Source of the DNA: Moniliella sp. 'wahieum'
Lineage: Eukaryota
DNA: 64,000 bases
Reading direction: 5' to 3'
NCBI GenBank assembly: GCA_003971905.1
Contig: RSEE01000077.1
Coordinates: 62,001-126,000, forward strand
The position numbers and the translations under genes are program-made. The notes beneath the pieces were generated by a model. That model saw only the letters and a list, made by a program, of their open reading frames with translations, ran no database searches and was not told the DNA's origin. This document shows positions 62,134-64,000 of this stretch, one piece after another. Positions within the stretch are counted from its first letter, which is position 1, and each line of letters opens with the position of its first letter.

Positions 62134-62887
62134 GCCAGCCAACGATACTATTCTTATAGGGACAGCAAACAGCCAGGGGTCAACGGCCCTGGCGTCAGTA
62201 GCCCCTGGATACGGGGAGGGACAAGGAAAACAAAGGCAGTGAAAGGGAAAGAACACGTCCGAGCTCCTATATAGACCTGTTCACGGGGGAAGCGATGGTC
62301 TTTGGTCGATGGCCCCTGGTCCAAGCGCACGAGCCAACGAGCCACCCTGTGGCTCGTCATCGCGCCACACGCGTCATCGGCCATCTCTATAGTCATATCA
62401 TTTGCAGGGCACAAGGCTGGGGCAAAAATGCTGCGCCCAAACCGACCTGAGCATCAGGCCTTGGTTGTTGGTGCCAAAACCGCTCCTGTAGTAAAAAACG
62501 AGTGAGCTGGCACCTGCCGATGAGGCGTCGGTGTGGGAGTGGGGCATGTCGGAGCGTGAAACAAGTCGAGCGTGAAGAAACGTTAGTGGAGCGCTGCAAC
62601 TTGAAACTTGGAGCAGGCCGAAGAAACGCGTCGCGTGCAATCCGTCGACGCTGGCGCCGTGCCGGAGGCTTGACGCGTGAACGCGTGAACGTTGAACGTT
62701 CAACTCTCCGCAGTACGTCGACCCGCCTAGGGTTACGCGTCGACGCGCCCCACACTGGCGCGGTGCCGCCTGCTCGAGGCGCCATGCGGGGGCGGGCGAT
62801 GGCCGGCGCATTCGCCACCCTCAGCCAACACGCGCATTCACCGCCCTCGCACACCAGCCATCGTCCTCTGCCCCCTCCCCCGCGGCC

Positions 62888-64000
62888 ATGTCTGCTGTCC
62901 GCCGCCAGGCACCCGTCGGCAGCGACCCATCTGCCCCACGCAGCAAGCGCAAACGCCTCGCCACCGCTGCCTCCGTCCCTGCCTCTCCCCCCCCGGCAAT
63001 GCGACACAGGAGGAGGAAGACGAAGACGAGGAGCACGACGGAGAGAAGAGAGAAGGAAGAGACACAAGGGGACGAGTGGGACGATAACGATGACGAAAAC
63101 GACGCTATCCCTCACTACGAAGAAGAGGCCGAACAGGACTTGGACGAGAATGGTGGGCCGAGCAGCGCGAAGCCAGTGCCGACGCGCAGAGAGCGTGATC
63201 CTGTGGATGAGTATGTTCCCTCCCTCCCCCCCTTCGCCCACCTTTGCCCTCCCGCCCTCGTGGCCACGGATTCGAGGTTCCCGGGCTGACATAGTCTGCG
63301 CAGGTACTTGCCCGGCTCGATTGTGCGGGTGAAGCTACAGCATTTCGTCACGTACGATCATGTCGAGTTCCGCCCCGGTCCTTATCTCAACATGATCATC
63401 GGCCCCAATGGCACAGGCAAGAGTACCATCTCGTGTGCCATTGCGCTCTGTCTGGGATACAAGCCCTCGCTGCTGGTCGTGCTACCGACGTGTCGTCCTT
63501 TGTCAACAAGGCTACGAACTAGGCTACGCCGAGATTGAACTCAAGGGTCTGCCCGGCGAACGGAACGCGGTGGTGCGCCGCTACCTCTCCACAGGCAAAC
63601 TGAACGCCAGCAAGACCTTTTACCTCAACGGAAAGGCCGTGCCGGGCAAGACGATTGCTGAGTTGATGCACAGCCTCCACATTCAGATTGACAATCTCTG
63701 TTCCTTCCTTCCTCAGGACAAGGTGACCGAGTTTGCGCGCATGACACCGGCCAAGCTCTTGCTCGAGACAGAAAAGGCATCTACCGAAGGGGATGCGTTG
63801 GTGGTGCGTCATGGCCGACTCATTGAGCACTCGAAAAGCTTGCGTGCCCTTTTAAGCGACCTGCGGCGTGAGAAGGAAGAGTTGGCAGCGGTCATGGCCC
63901 AGACCAACCGACTGCAAGGCGATGCGGATCGGCACGAGCGCCGTCGTGCGTTGGAGCAGCGCGTCAAGGTGTTGCAGACCGCTCGGCGTTTTGCCCGCTT
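62888..64000 (+). CDS. SMC5: Structural maintenance of chromosomes protein 5 (5' part, runs off window)
   Basis: PGSIVRVKLQHFVTYDHVEFRPGPYLNMIIGPNGTGKST (Walker A), IQIDNLCSFLPQDKVTEFA (Q-loop); intron ~63211-63303. Confidence 0.95.

Noticed and set aside
29..64000. Programmed frameshifting or insertional RNA editing as the cause of broken ORFs
   Set aside because: No shared slippery motif seen; many indels lie in homopolymers and one hits a tRNA copy; assembly error is far simpler.

Overview
Eukaryotic, GC-rich fungal DNA with GT-AG introns and CTAAC/CTGAC branch sites; gene content and style point to a basidiomycete, probably Ustilaginomycotina-like (inference). Most genes are broken by single-base indels, best explained as assembly error, so CDS coordinates are gene spans rather than clean ORFs. 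Recognisable genes: Mds3/Pmd1-like kelch-BTB protein, Ca3427-like periplasmic-binding-fold protein, S53 sedolisin, SFT2-like protein, Opi1, Loa1/Vps66 acyltransferase, a single-finger SreA/Urbs1-type GATA factor, aldehyde dehydrogenase, SHQ1, MCR1, amino acid permease, a divergent glucose-6-phosphate 1-epimerase-like protein, an OSCA/TMEM63 channel, a WRN-like 3'-5' exonuclease, UBP6, glycogen synthase and the 5' part of SMC5. There are also three intron-containing tRNA-Val(AAC) genes, two paralogous dead kinases each beside one of those tRNAs, and a probable zinc-finger transposon relic. The most striking unexplained signal is intergenic: more than 25 short 7-bp-period arrays following one grammar, [TNA + 4-bp palindrome]n. 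They use 13 of the 16 possible palindromic tetramers and lie mostly upstream of genes.
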